Below the pieces are notes generated by a model. That model was given only the letters and a program-made list of their open reading frames with translations, did no database searches and had not been told where the DNA came from. Both the position numbers and the translations under genes were made by a program. Below are positions 24,925 to 42,017 of a DNA stretch of 64,000 nucleotides, one piece after another (the first letter of the stretch is position 1; each line of letters begins with the position of its first letter). The DNA is taken from positions 1-64,000 of the forward strand of contig JAPEUG010000041.1 of the NCBI GenBank assembly GCA_026025795.1, written 5' to 3'. Source of the stretch: Thelocarpon superellum. Its lineage: Eukaryota.

Positions 24925-25091
24925 GCGGGATGGATGCACGATGCATGAGTGGTCCCGTGTTGTACTTACGTCACGACATCGAAGATGACCCCTCTTGAAC
25001 TTCTGATCATGACCATGGATACGACCACGTAGAGACGGAAAAGCATAACCTCGCCATTCAGGGGAACGCCGTGAGGAATGCAGTGACAGAA

Positions 25092-25797
25092 TCAGCCGGC
25101 GGCCTCCTTGACCTTCCCGGTCTCGGGAGGCTCGTCGATGAACTCGGGCGGCTTCACCTCATCCATCATGAAGCTCGGGGTGCCCTGGGCCTCACCGGCC
25201 AGACCCTCTAGCTCGGCCTCCTCGCCCAAGGCCTCCAGCTCGGCATCAAGCTCGGCCTCGTCCACGTCCTCGGGCACGTCGTAGCTGCGGCTGATGCTCT
25301 CCTGGATATCGTTGCCCACCTCCATCAAGTCCTGCATCTCGTCCTGCATGCGCTCGATCTTGTCGATGTTGATCTTGCCGTACTGCTGCTTCAGGCTCTT
25401 GTTGGTCGTCTTCATGGCGTCGACAGTCGTCATGACGTTCTTCAAGTTGTCCTGCATCATCCCGGCCTGCTCCATGTTCCACGACTGCTGCTGCATCTGG
25501 TCGCGCTGCGACTCGTACATCTTACGCCGTTGTAACACCTTCAGCGCCTTTTGCTTGAGCGCCGTCTTGCCCGGTCCGTCGCGCATCTTGGCCAGCTTGC
25601 TCTGGTAGCTCGTCAGCTCGGCGTTGAGCTTGGCCAGCTTGACGTCGAGGGACTCGATGTGTGTGTCGACCTAGGCACGCACGGCGCCAGGTCAGCATCC
25701 CGTCGAGTGATGCGAGAGAGACCCCACGCACATTCGCGATGGCACTGTTCAGCGTCGGCTTCGGGCCGCTGCTCTTGGCGCCGAAGAGCCGATTCAT
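25092..25797 (-). CDS. VPS60: ESCRT-III accessory Vps60/CHMP5 (Snf7 family); exons 25797-25732, 25670-25092
   Basis: MNRLFG..KPTLNSAI, KQKALKVLQRRKMYESQRDQM.QQSWNMEQ, IDKIERMQDEM.DL, SRSYDVPEDVDEAELDAELEAL. Confidence 0.93.
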
Positions 25798-27036
25798 GTT
25801 GAGCGACTCCGGTGCGGCGCTGGAGTCAGAAAGAAGCCTATCCGATGGCTCTGCCTCCACCTCGTGATGCTCTCCTAGAGTCTCTCTGCTCCCTTGGCCC
25901 GTCAATCGTCATCCGGCGGGTGACTCTTGCCAGCGGAACGCGTATCGCCCCACCTAGGACATGGCCCAAGTTGCAACTCTGGTCGTTAAAGCGCGGAGTA
26001 CGCCTCCCGTAGCTTGGCGGTCGGTAAGGGCACGTGTCAGTTGCCGACGCTCGACCCAAGACGGCCATCGTGAACGATGAATCTAATCACGGTCTAGCCC
26101 ACCCGCAGACAGCGCTGCGGACGGAATACATGCGTGCCTGTCCAGAGGGAGTCGCGAATGCTACTGCTGCGAGGAAAGAGCAATGGTCGGAGCGGTCAGC
26201 TTACTGTTGTGCGACCGACGCTGTAGTGTACTGGTCGGTGGCCAAAAGGTATGTTAGTACCTTGGAGCAATTTTACCGACGTAGGGCCTGGTCGAGCAGG
26301 GTAACAACGCGAGCAAACCATCCGCAAGACCTGGTCCGTCGCCCTTTGCACGCAGTAGAGAGGCCGAAGGACGACATACTTGGTACCTCCGCGCCGTCGT
26401 AGGCGACCCAATATGTCCGTGGACCCAATATGTCCGTGGGACACCCGTCGTCTCCCTACCAAAGTTAATCCTCACGAGACGCCGCCACCCGTCAGACCAA
26501 TCACCACGAACAACAAAAACAACAGAACGACGCTGGCCTCGTCTGTGGAGTTCCTATGCACGTTTGCGCTGGTGACTGGCGTGGTGAGGCCCAACTCAGA
26601 ACGCTGCGCCCGTGTCTCGGAGGGTAAGACGGTCGCTCTCGAGTCCCCGATCCCTACCGACCGTGTTGCTCTGGCCGGCGTCATCCGAGCTTGAGCGAGC
26701 GGCGCCACTCCCACCCCAAGAGGTAGCGCGCACCCAGCTCTCCTCGAGCTGCGATCGCATCACCACCTCGTCATCGCCGCTGCCTCGGGCTCATCGATGT
26801 GCCACGCGAGTCGTCCGCCTGCTGCCTGGATCGAAGCCTCGACCGCTCGTCACCGCAGTCACGAGCGTCGCTCCCCACGCCTGGATCTGCACTGCCCGTG
26901 CGGCACTTGAAGCGACGCGCACGGCCAATTCGCATGCTCGTCCATCGGGTACCTCCGATCGTGCATCGTCCGCCGCTCCACCGCCGTCTGCCCAACCGCC
27001 CGATCGCCCTGCGCCGTCTCCGGCCCAGCGCTCATC

Positions 27037-30000
27037 ATGTTCTGGCGGTTCGGAGGCTACGCCAATATCTCCACCCTCGACACCATTCTCGACAAACCCG
27101 ATGTCACGTTGGAAGAGCTGCTGGACGAGTCAGACCTCATCCAGGAGTTGAAGCAACATAACACCAAGCTCATTGAGTATCTGCGCGACGAGAACGTGCT
27201 CCGTCGCTTGCTCGAATATGTCGTCGCGCCGCGCGCCGATGAGGACGCCGACGCAGAAGCATCTTCAAACCCTGCCGACTCCGAGCCACGCGGCAAGGCG
27301 AAGGAATCGATCTTCGGCGAGGAGGAGCAGGATAAGCTCGAGAAGGCGCGGCTGAAGTATGCCTACATCGCGTGCGAGGTGCTCGCCTCCGAAACTTGGT
27401 CCATCACCGAGGCCTTGATGGAGAACCACGAGCACCTCCGGCGATTTTGGTGTTTCCTCCAGCGTCCGATCCCCCTCGACCCCCTCCAGGCCGGCTACTT
27501 CACCAAAGTCAACGAGACCCTGCTTGACAAGAAGACCGAAGAGATGTTGGACTTCTTCAAATCCCTCGAAGGCGTTGTACCGGACATGCTGCGGCATGTA
27601 GACTGCCCCATGGTCATGGACCTCCTCCTGAAGATCATCAGCCTCGAGAAGGCGGAAGGTGGTCAAGGGATCGTGGATGTACGTGTCGCCGCCGCCCTCG
27701 TCCGTCGTCCCTTGCTATCGCCGATTTGACTGACGATGTTTCCCCAGTGGTTGCATGAACAAGATCTGATTCCCATCCTTCTGTCCTACCTATCCGCCGA
27801 ACACTCCTCCGCCACCCAGACCTCGGCCGGCGACTTCCTCAAAGCCATCATCACCATTTCTGCCAACGCATCGCAGAACGAGCAATCATGCATCGGGCCC
27901 AACGAGCTTACGCGACAGCTGGTGTCCGAGGTCTGCGTGCGTAATCTGACGAGCGACATGCTGCGTGGCGGCAACCCGCTCACGGTCGGAGTTGGCATCG
28001 TCATCGAGGTCATTCGCAAGAACAACTCCGACTACGACCCGGACGTGAGTGCGGGCGCCGACACCGCCCCATCTAGCCGTGATCCCATCTACCTGGGCAC
28101 GCTACTACGCATCTTCGCTCAACACGTGCCTGATTTCATGACCCTGATCCTAAGCCCGACCTACAACGTCCTGAACGACGATGGCACCACGACGGTGAAG
28201 CGGCGGGAGCTGAAGGCGGCCTTTGGTCAGACGATCGAGCCGCTGGGCTTTGACCGATTCAAGACGTGCGAACTGATGGCCGAACTGTTGCACTGCAGTA
28301 ACATGGGGCTGCTGAATGAGCGGGGCAGCGAGCGCTTCGTCCGCGAGCGAGACCAAGAGCGAGAACGATTAAAGGCCGAGGGCGCGTGGCCACCGGTGGC
28401 GCGTGATGGTCGCGCGGGAAACGAGACCGACGACAGCTCCCTCTATCCGCGTCCGGCGACCCCGTCGGTCCTCGGCTCGGGCTCTCCCGAGGAGATTCGG
28501 AAACTCGAGGTAGCTAATGGGGGTGAAGAGGACGGATTCGAAGACGTCGCTGCGTCCGACCTGTTGAATGACGAGGTCAAGGATGACTTTGACGAGAAGC
28601 CCGAACTCGACAACCTGCCCCCGGAGGCCACGCCAGCTGCTATCCCCGAGCCCTCCAGCCATGACGACTTCAAACCGATCGAGGCGGACGACTTTGTCGA
28701 CGAGCCGCTGTCGTCCCCACGTCTGGTCCTCCATTCGAACGACCAATCCACGCCCACGCCCACTCCCTTTTCGTCCGTCCCTCTGTCCCTCGGCTCTCTC
28801 CCCGCTCAATCTCTTCTACCGACATCCCCTAGTCTAGTCCGCCAGATTGACGAACTTGGTCTCGAACGCGAGCAAGAGACGAGGACGAGTTCGTCCCCAA
28901 CGCCGCTGCTGGCGGAGGGAGAAGAGGCTCCGGGTCCTCCCAAGTCCGCTGACAAACCCGCCAAACATGTGCCGCCGAGCGATGGCACCGGAGGGGCGGC
29001 AGCAGAAGGCGTGGGAGGCGATCAGCTCTCGCCACATCCAGAAGATCATCCGGCACCGCTTTTTGCAGCGCGGAATGACGAAAAAGCGGTTGGTAGCCCG
29101 GCGGCAGACGTCACCGGTCAAGAGTCCAGAGCCGGCGACCACGACGAGAAGACGAAAACGGCCGCCGTCGGAGGAGAGAAGGACAGCCCGTCCGTGATCA
29201 TGGCTGGTGAGGAGAGCGGCCTGGAGCCCCATATCGAAATGGATGTCGACGGGTCACCGGTGGTGGGTGACTTCTTGAAGATGATGTTTGTCGAACACCG
29301 TGTGGTGCCGACGATCCTGGTAAGTCTTCTCGACCTCCTCGCCATGACGTGTCTCGTGCTTACCATCGCAGGACTTCTTTTTCCGATTTCCCTGGAATAA
29401 CTTCCTGCATAACGTGGTGTACGACGTGGTGCAACAAGTCTTCAACGGACCGATGGACCGGGGCTTCAATCGCAGTCTCGCCATCGACCTCTTTGAGACG
29501 GGCAAGGTCACCGAGCGTATCGTCGAGGGGCAGCGACGCAGCGACAAGGCGCAGGCAGAGACGAACATGCGGCTCGGGTACATGGGACACCTGACGCTCA
29601 TCGCCGAGGAGGTGGTCAAGTTCACCGAGCGCCATCCACCGGAATTTCTGTCCAAGTCGGTGTTGGACGACGTGATGCACAACGACTGGATCGAATACGT
29701 CGAACGCACATTGGCGGAGACGCGTGAGCGGGACAACGCGATCCTGGGTGGCGTTCGACCGGATCTCTCCGTAGGCCCGCGACAAGCCGTCATCAACTCG
29801 CTCAATGCGGCGCAAGGCTTTGGCAACGGACCGTCGGCGGCGCTGGCCAGCGCCGGCTTGACCGGCGGCGGCAGTGGGCTTGACGGATTTGACCTGGCCA
29901 ATGGTGGGACGCACGGTGGCGGCAGCTTCAACCTCACGAGCGGCTCCCTGCTCAGCGGCTTCGGTAGCTCGAGCGACGAAGAGGATGAGGACATGGACGA

Positions 30001-31183
30001 GATCAACGACGAGGTGGATGAGTCGGGGGAGCGGGCGGCGGCGTCGTCCGGCGCCGGGACAGGCACTGATCATGTAGGTGACCCCTCTTCTCTCGACGTC
30101 GAGATGACGGATCCACTCTGAAGATGGTCCGATCTTCTCGGATCTGTGGGACTAGGGCCCGCGAGCCGCCCTGTCCTGTCTTCTCTCCTGCGCTGTCCAT
30201 ATCTTTCTGCTATCTTCTGCATCAGTGAGCGAGGCTTAGACAATATTGTGAGATGGGCGCCCGGTGGCACCCATGTCGGACCCGAATTCCATGTCCCTCC
30301 CCGGACGAGCGGGTTTACCCGGTCGCGCCTCGTCGGCTTCTCCGGCCCTCTCATCCTCTGTTCCATGTCGACGGTCCGACCTGCAGTGGAAATGTCATCA
30401 CTGACTCGCCTGTCCTGTAGTTCATGCCCTTTGCCACGTCCGGCCACCCGGGCAGCCCTGACTCGTCGACCGCCAACCAGGCCGCCACCTCTTCGGTCGA
30501 CACCGAGAACACGCCGCTGATGCCACCGCCCCCGCCTCCTCCGCCTCCACCACTGAACATCCCGCCGAGTCGCGCGCGTCGACAGCTAGCAGCCCGCCTG
30601 GCGATGAACAAGAAGAAGAAGGAGGACGAGGATCGGCGTCGGCTGGAGGGGAAGCACCCGTCGCGCAGTGGCTTTGGGATCGGTCCCGGCGACGGACACG
30701 AGGAAGGCGAGGAGCTCGACGAGGAGGCTGGCGTCGGCACCGATGACCTGTGGAGCGTACGAGGTGGGAGCGTCCGTGGAGGAGGGGTGCTTCAGGTTCG
30801 TTCCGCGTCGTCCCGTCTTCGATCCGTGTGCGAAGCTCATGACGCATCAGTCACCACATTCCTCTGATGATGACGACGATGAGTTTGAGGATGAAGAGCT
30901 GGAACACGCGGCGCGGGAAGACATGGAGCGAAGGATCTCGGCGCGACGACGATCGCGAGCATCCGAGACGCCGCGCACGACGGCGGCGACGACGCGTAGT
31001 GTCCTCGAGGTCGATGATGACAGCGACGAAGAGCTCGGCCGGATCAACGGCGAGGAAGCTGTCACGGTCCCGGCGGCGAGGCAAGAGGAGGAAGCGAAGC
31101 TGACAGGAGTGCCGCTCACACTGGGGGAGGGAGCGAAAGGCACGACGAATCATGGCCCTCCTCTTGAAGGTCAAGCGTCCTGA
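27037..31183 (+). CDS. SIT4/PP6 phosphatase-associated protein (SAPS family, Sap155/185/190-like); long-form exons 27037-27678, 27748-29319, 29372-30073, 30421-30795, 30851-31183; short form stops at 30121
   Basis: MFWRFGGYANISTLDTILDKPDVTLEELLDESDLIQELK, PLGFDRFKTCELMAELLHCSNM, FFRFPWNNFLHNVVYDVVQQVFNG, RLGYMGHLTLIAEEVVKF. Confidence 0.92.
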
Positions 31184-32620
31184 CCATGTCGGTGGATGAG
31201 ATGAGTGATGATCCTGCACAGAAGGGGGGTGACGTGCGATGGGATGGTGCATCACCCCGTGTACAATATGGGTGTCATGTTTCGCTTCTCCGGCAGGAGC
31301 GCCTGGCTGAGGCCGGGTCAGATTATGTCGCCCGAATCGCCTCTCGGCTTGGGCGGTCCCTAGGATAGATGTACGTTCGGACGGGTCCTCTACACGGATG
31401 GATGTTGGAACATGATCCAAGCCACGGCCCCATGCTACGAGCAGTGCCATGCAGTGCGATGTACAAGCAGGATACGCATCGAAAGGGCCCGAACGCCCAT
31501 TCTCATATCTCCGCCCCGTCACAGAAATCGCTTCTCAACCTAGCAGGGCGTCAGTGCGTCAACGAGGCGATCCCCTCCCCTCCCCTCCCCTCCCACTCAC
31601 CTTCCAGGGATTGTTGAGCTCGAAGCCCTCGGGTGCGTATGGGCTATCCGATTGGCCTCTCAACGAGCCGGTCAATCGGCGGTCCCGTTCCATCACTACC
31701 GACGGGTCAGCCCACGAAGTCGGAGATGGGAGCGGTGTCTTCGTACTTTGCTGCTGGAAGTCAGTCTTTGATGATGCTGATCGAGGTGACCGTCACTTAC
31801 TCTGTCCCACTGATCGATCGAATGCCGTCCACGTTTGCCTCCGTTCTGCCAGTGCCGAAGCCAGGACATGCCGGCTCCGGTGACGGCGAACATCTGTAGA
31901 AGGCCATCAGTCTCCGGCGCGATCGGCCGATCGGGAACGACCACTGACCGACACCATGATCCCATAGGGGAGCAATGCTTCAAAGGGGACGCCCATGATG
32001 AAGGTCTGGGTGCGGTGCCTGGCTGAGGATCAGGAATCGATCAGTCACGACCCTCGATCGTGGTGCTGAGGGAGACGGCGGAGGAATCGGGTCGTTGCCG
32101 TCTTACGTAAGCGGACGAGAATCGTTTGACGGCTCTTGTTGCAAGGGGCCACGAGATGCAGATGACCCTGAGCGCTCTTCAACCTCCTTTGGTGCCGGTT
32201 TAATTGCTTCTTACGCGTCGCGTAGTATGCCCGCTGCCAAAGAGTCGTGAAAAGTGCCTTGTCGTGTTACTTGAAGACGGTGGCGTCGCGCAACAGCTAC
32301 AGCAGCCGCGATCCGTTGACGACTCGAACCAGACAAAATCCCACTCCAAGTCACGTCAACCTTGACGCGCGTCTGCAGCAGACCCTCGAGCTTCAAACAC
32401 GCCATTCTCCTCCTTCCATCCGCCGTTGATACGCCTGGTCTCTCGCCACCTGGTCCATCCTCGATCACTGCCATACCCACGCGCTGTAGCGGAGATGGGC
32501 TCCAGCTTCGTTGAGTGAACGACCGCGTCTGTCCGTGAGGAGACCCTTGATCGTTACTGCGCCGGCCTCGACGCGCGCGGAAGCCGGCGCCCCGGGGTGG
32601 CAGTCGGATACTCCAGCGTC

Positions 32621-36266
<3,646 letters not shown>

Positions 36267-36356
36267 CAGACATCTCTTTCTTTCTTCCTTCCTCTTAGCT
36301 AGGCTATGCTAGGCTAGGCTAGGCTAGATGATCCCAATCAACCTTTATTACTCACC

Positions 36357-36359
<3 letters not shown>

Positions 36360-36410
<51 letters not shown>
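36360..36410 (+). repeat. (CT)~25 microsatellite, flanked by short (AGGCT)n and (GCGTGC)n tracts
   Basis: Directly visible between two convergent gene ends. Confidence 0.95.
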
Positions 36411-36413
<3 letters not shown>

Positions 36414-36582
36414 CTCGCTCTCCCCCTGTCATCTTGGCGTACACACGTCTCGTCAATCAGCGTGATTCGCCTCACTTGATCTCAAAGAGTATCTCGGTCT
36501 TTTGGAAATGTGCGCGTGCATCCATCCTTGTCTTGTCTTGCCTGTGCGCGTGCGCGTGCGCGTGCGCACTCCTACCCTCGTC

Positions 36583-37972
36583 CTACTCCCCCTGCGCATC
36601 CTTCACCTCCTGTTTCTCCGGCTCCCCCTGTTTCTCCGGCTCCCCCTGCACGTCCGTTCCCCCTAGCCCATCGCCGTGCTTCTCATCACCAGGCTCCTGG
36701 CTAGGCCCCGGACTGGGATAGCGAAATGCAAACATGTCAGGCTTTGGGACTTCAATCTCCCGAAGAGGCTGTCGCGTCTCCCTATTCGCCCTCGGTCTCG
36801 CCGCCACATAAAAGAAGTCCATCATCTTGGTCCAGTAGTCCCACACGGTCGCCGCATGCACCGCGCGCTTGTACTCGATCCGGGCCGTCTTGCGACACGC
36901 CTTCACCGCTTCGCTGACGCGCTCCAGCGCCTGCTGGACTTTGCGGAGCAGGGCCAGGTCCTCGGGCATGCATCGCGGCGGGCGGGGACGACGGCCGTAA
37001 CGCAAGATGAGAATTCTCGCCCACGGTGGATGGGCCTCCACATCGTCGGACGCGAAGGGTGGCAGGATGGTGGGGTCCCTATTCGTGCGCAGGCGGACAC
37101 GCGTGGACGTCGGATCGAGGTCGTCAATGACGCTCTTAACAAAGGTCTCGAGCGCCGCGATCAGCGGGGGTATCGAGTCGAAGGCTTCTTTGATCTCAAG
37201 GAACGAGTCCACGTAGTCGGAGTCCACGTCGCCAGCCACCCGGAGCATGCGGCGAGTCTCATGGACCATCTCCATGTGGTGGTATAGGGGGTTGTCGCGT
37301 TTCCACAGCTCTGCAACACGGTTCATCAGTCAGTCCGTCATTCGGGCAGCGCGGCGGTCGGTCCCACGTTTCCGTGGCAGAGAAGCGCAGAAACTCACCC
37401 ACTTCCCGCTCGTAGTACTTGATCAAGCGCGACCGATGTCCCCAGCTCTTGATGGCCACCTTGTGCTCGTCGAGGAGGATCTTCATGTCCTGCAGAGGGT
37501 AGAGCACCGCCTCTTCCGGACCACCTAAGCCCTGCCACAGGAGCTCGTGCATGATGCGCGCCTCCCGACGGTGGTGGTCTACAGGCGAGGTGTAGGGACG
37601 CGGGAAGGGGGGACCCGGGTCGGTCGGGGGGGGCAGCATGAGCTTCGAGCTGCAGGGGGGGACGAGGCACCAGGGCGGGCCGAGGATCTCGAGGAGGTAA
37701 GGTGAAGGACCACAGGTGACGGAACAGGAGTGGTTGAACAGTAGAAGGTGATGCACCGCTCTTTCGACGCCGCGCATGATGCTCTGGAGCGTTTGCACTG
37801 GCACTTCAGGCGGCTCCATCACGCGGTCGATCACCGAGTCGTCGGCCCGTCGACGGCGCATGGGCAAATACGGGGGCGAAGGAGCATCTTCCCAGTCCAT
37901 GGGATTGTAGTCATGGTCGCTGTTCGGCGGAGGCGACAACGACGCCAGATCGGGTGGAGACGATGAGGACAT
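36583..37972 (-). CDS. Orphan hypothetical protein (~433 aa); exons 37972-37399, 37310-36583
   Basis: Two ORFs are joined in frame by a GTGAGT..CTGAC..GCAG intron. GC-rich third codon positions; GEPEKQ duplication at the C-terminus; no family recognised. Confidence 0.65.
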
Positions 37973-38912
37973 TTCGAGAGCGCTTGGGTGCGGACGTGGG
38001 GGAAAGCCCGGGGAGCGCACCTGGAGAGCACCTGGGAGAAGAGAGAGCTTGAGAGCAGAAAGCGCACGCGTCACGACAGATGCTGCTTGCTCTTGGTCCT
38101 GGATTGCCGTGCGGCGTAGTTCTTGAGCACTCGAAGCAACGCAGCGGGGAGTCACCACCCGCGGAAGGCGCGACGTGGACAAGTCTGGCCATCACACACA
38201 TCACCAACATTCGTCTTTCTGGTGATGCGAGGTCGTGACATGACCAGGGCCACATTCACCTGACACGAGAAGAGAGGGTCCTTCACGCAGGCTGTGGAGG
38301 TGAACACGGTCAATGGGCTGTTGTTCATTGTCACAGTGTTGGGAGTTACGTGACTGTTGCGGTCAGTGCCTTGGGTCAAGTCTGTGCTATCTCCAATGGC
38401 ACCGTGGTGAAGAGTCTTCAACCTCTGCATTTCCAACAGCGCGTTGCTCTCCATGGAAGACCCTGTGTCATGTCGACCATGATCAAGGGTCATCAGGTCA
38501 TCGGGTCATCGGGGGCAGATGTACAACACGCATGGATAATTCCACAGACCATGAACTTGATTCCTCGGTGCAAAAGGACCAAACTCAACCAGGGTGCATG
38601 GTGATAGTCTGAAAGACCAGGCCGTCTCAGATTGGAGATCCCAGCAAGTCAGGGGACGAGACACGCCGACCGACCATGTCCTGTCAGCTCGTCAACCACG
38701 GATCACCCTTGCCGTAGGGCGATGCCCCTCCACCCAGTGCCACAGGACTGGACCTCGAACACGATGCGTGAATTCCTCAGGACCATTGACCGTAGTAATG
38801 TCTCGTCACCAATCCCTACCCGAGGCGGTGCACATGTGACGTGGGAAACTTTTTCTCCGAGTCGGCGAGGCGTGCGCGGTCGAGGGTCAAGACCATCCTC
38901 CGCAGGTGCCAG

Positions 38913-39012
38913 GTTATACGGGCGGGTTATACGGGCCAGCTGCACGGGCCAGTTATACGGGCCAGTTGTACGGGCCAGTTACACGGGCCAGTTATACGGG
39001 CCAGTTGTACGG
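38913..39012 (+). repeat. 13-bp minisatellite ACGGGCCAGTT(A/G)(T/C), ~7.5 copies
   Basis: Directly visible tandem units with transition variants. Confidence 0.9.
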
Positions 39013-40096
39013 AGAGGTCGGATGACCTCCTCGCTAGAACATTGCTTCGCTGATGAGGCCGAGTACGAGTCCTGCTGACCCTAACCCTGAATCAAGGTGC
39101 AGCCGCAAGCACACAGCACAAGGGCCACAAGCACGGCACTACAAGTGGAATATCATCCGGGTCAATTACGCATCCCATGAGCCACACATCTCCCCGCACG
39201 CCAGGTGGTGTGATCGCATGGATGATGTGAATCAGATAGCCGCCCCTACCTCGTCTCATCCGTTCCCTCCTTCTCGTCTTGTTGCTTCCCTCAGACGTCT
39301 CATCTGAAAACATTCGTATGAGTGGACACATGTATGATCGGGTCAACGGATGGGAACGATGAGGGAAGTTCATGAATGTCGAACGAACGTGCAAGTGAAT
39401 GTGTGTCTGCGAGAAAGAGCTTTCATGTATGTCAACCCTAGCGTGGATGAATCCTTGAACGAACGGATGGATGGTGGAATCATGAATGACGAGTCGAGAC
39501 CAAAGAGTTTACTAAGGGAATGGATGGATTGTCTCCGTGGATGCAGTTTCTTTCCGCCTTCTTCATCTCCTTCTTCCGCTTCTCTCTCAAGTCTCCTCCA
39601 CCGCCCCCGAGGATAATAGAGAGCCGGCTCGATTGTTCCTCTCTCCTCTCTCCCGTCACCCTTCATCTCTCATCCACCCGCCAGACTCAATCCAAGCCCA
39701 AAGAAAGCCAAGCCAAGCCAAGCCAAAGTCAATCGCGCGTTGCAGTGCAAGTAGGATGCAAAATTCACTTCAAAAGGCCGCCCAACCGTTCCTCCAAACA
39801 GACAGTAACATGACCAATGAAACACACGAAAAGGACTCCCGACACAGTTGTTGCCATCTGGAGTCTCTGTTGATACAAAGTCCAACCCACCCATTACACG
39901 GCGAACGAATCAACCGAGCAACATCGGAACTCGCGTGAGCAAGCCAGCCCGTGAGAGCTTGAGTCGGAGAGTTTATTTTGTGGAAGACCGAAGTCGGAAG
40001 GGGAAAACGGGAAGTGGGAAGTGGGAAGTGGAAAGTGGAAAGTGGAAAGTGGAAAGTGGGACACGCCAAGGGGGAATGGGAGGGGGAAGAGAACGA

Positions 40097-42017
40097 TCAC
40101 TGCGACGCCTGCGAATTTTGTTGAGCGGCAGAGTCAAAGGACACGGGCGGGCCAGGTTGATATCGGCCACCGGCCTGAATCGTGGGGGGTCCTTGACCGA
40201 CCAGGGAGGACGAGTGCGAGGCGTGCGCGGAGAGGGCCGGAGAAGGCGACGGATGGGTCGACGACCCCGGGTGGATGGGCGGGAGGAGGACCTGCGCCGG
40301 TTGGCGGAGATGCGAGCCCGGGGGGGGCATCGTGGGCATGGGCATCGTGGGCCCCGAATGACTCGACGTGCGGTACGAGGCCGGGTACGACGATGGCTCC
40401 GTGGACATGCCTGGTCGTGCACCCAAGGGGTTGGAAGATTGCATCGACGACGGATACTGCGGCGCGCCTCGTTGGGGGGGCGAGGGCTCTTGCAACGTGG
40501 GCACGTGCATCATCGGAGGCGCGTTGGAGGTCGGCGCATGCTGCGGCCCGTACCGCTGCGGCAGCGACTGTTGCCCGTATCCCGGCGGCGGGATCCCCGG
40601 CGATCGCATCGGACGCTGTGACCCGGGCGAGTCGTACGGCGACGTCGGCAGAGACGAGGTCGCATGGCGATAGGGCTGATCGGCCATGCCGCTCGTGGCG
40701 GAATGAGGCCCATGTTGATACGGCATCGGGTAGTGACCATGAGGTGGGCCCGGTGGCGCGTAGGGCCCGTATGCTGGCGCTGGCTGCGCGTACAGACGCG
40801 AGTCGTAGTGCTGATCCCGATCAAAGGGATTCTGCGCCGCCATCTCGGCCGAGGTGCGTTGCCGCTTGCTTGCGTCACTGTACGAGGAGTATTCCGACCC
40901 GGGCGAGTGCGAGTAGGGCGTCATGGACGAGGCTGGCCCGTGGGACAAGCCGGCACGCGGGTTGCCGGACATCTGCGACGCATAGCCACGGGCATAGTCA
41001 TCCGGGCGAATGCCCGGGGGCGGGGGTCGTTTCCTGACGGAGATCAGTCTGCGTCGGATGCCTTCCGTGCGGGCCCAGACTCACAGTAAGGTCCGTGGCT
41101 CTTTCCGGATGCGCAGCCGCACGCCTTGATCGCCAAAGGAGCGCGAGAGAAAGGTGGACTCGGACATGCCCGGGAAATTCTTGGCGGCGTACACTGCAGC
41201 GAGCGTCAGGCACCGACGAGACAGGAGCCCGGCGGAAGACACCTACCAGTAAAGGGGTCGGAGATGACAGACTTGATGTGCACCACTTCCGATCTGTCAT
41301 GGGCTGTGAGAGAGGAACGTGTCAGACGCGGTGGGATGACGTACTTGAGCATCTCGAAAAGGCTGAACCGGAGCCGGAACTCGCCCTCAATCTTGACGGA
41401 GAGATCGCCAAACACGAAGAAGCCGCCATCTGGGCACCAAGCCTGTCAGCAGTGGCTTCCGCACGGCACTCGACGGCCTGAGATCACGTACCGCTGTTGT
41501 CAATGTCCTTCAAGCGATGGAGCGAGGAGACCAGCGTGCCGGCGAGGGCGGTCTGTGGGGCGACTGACGCGGGTCGTTCGGTGCCGGCTTCGTAGAGGTT
41601 GCAGCACATGAAGTAGTAGGGGCTCTGGAGGTAATTTTGCGCCGGATCCGTATCATTCTTGATGCGCAATTGAATGATGGGCGGCGGATCGACGGGCTTC
41701 CGATCTACGCACCGACCGGGTCAGTCGACCAAGTTCATCATTCTTCACGCTCCACGCCCACGTCCACGTCCACGTCCACGTCCACGTCCACGTCCACGTC
41801 CACGGCATGTACATACCCTTCTCCTTGGCCCCCGCCACCCGAGCCCGCTCGGGTCCCTGGCGAATGCGCAGCTCATAGTCGTCGCTGAGGGTCAACATGG
41901 TCAGTCGAAGGCCTATTGGGGAGATGTAAGACGAGCGGACACCGCACGGAGGAGGCCACGGCACCTTTGCAGCTTCACTCGAGACGAGGCCGCATCGACA
42001 AAAGTATGTGCGTTCAT
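40097..42017 (-). CDS. vosA: Velvet-domain transcription factor, VosA-like; exons 42017-41965 (least certain), 41884-41817, 41704-41492, 41429-41345, 41293-41247, 41193-41085, 41033-40097
   Basis: [120 protein letters not shown]. Velvet domain at the N-terminus followed by a P/Q/Y/S-rich tail is the VosA layout. Minus-strand AATAAA near 39975. Confidence 0.9.
41752..41803 (-). repeat. (TGGACG)n hexamer repeat inside vosA intron 2
   Basis: About 8 copies visible; the intron is 112 nt long. Confidence 0.9.

Noticed and set aside
39050..39075. CTGATGAGGCC as a hammerhead ribozyme core
   Set aside because: No closing stem II followed by GAAA.
39078..39088. ACCCTAACCCT as a telomerase RNA template
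   Set aside because: A single 11-nt telomeric match is plausible by chance in 64 kb. I found no convincing pseudoknot, P6.1 or ATAAGT-type 3' processing site, and the nearby ATTTTG overlaps the vosA poly(A) signal. A TER covariance-model search would settle it.
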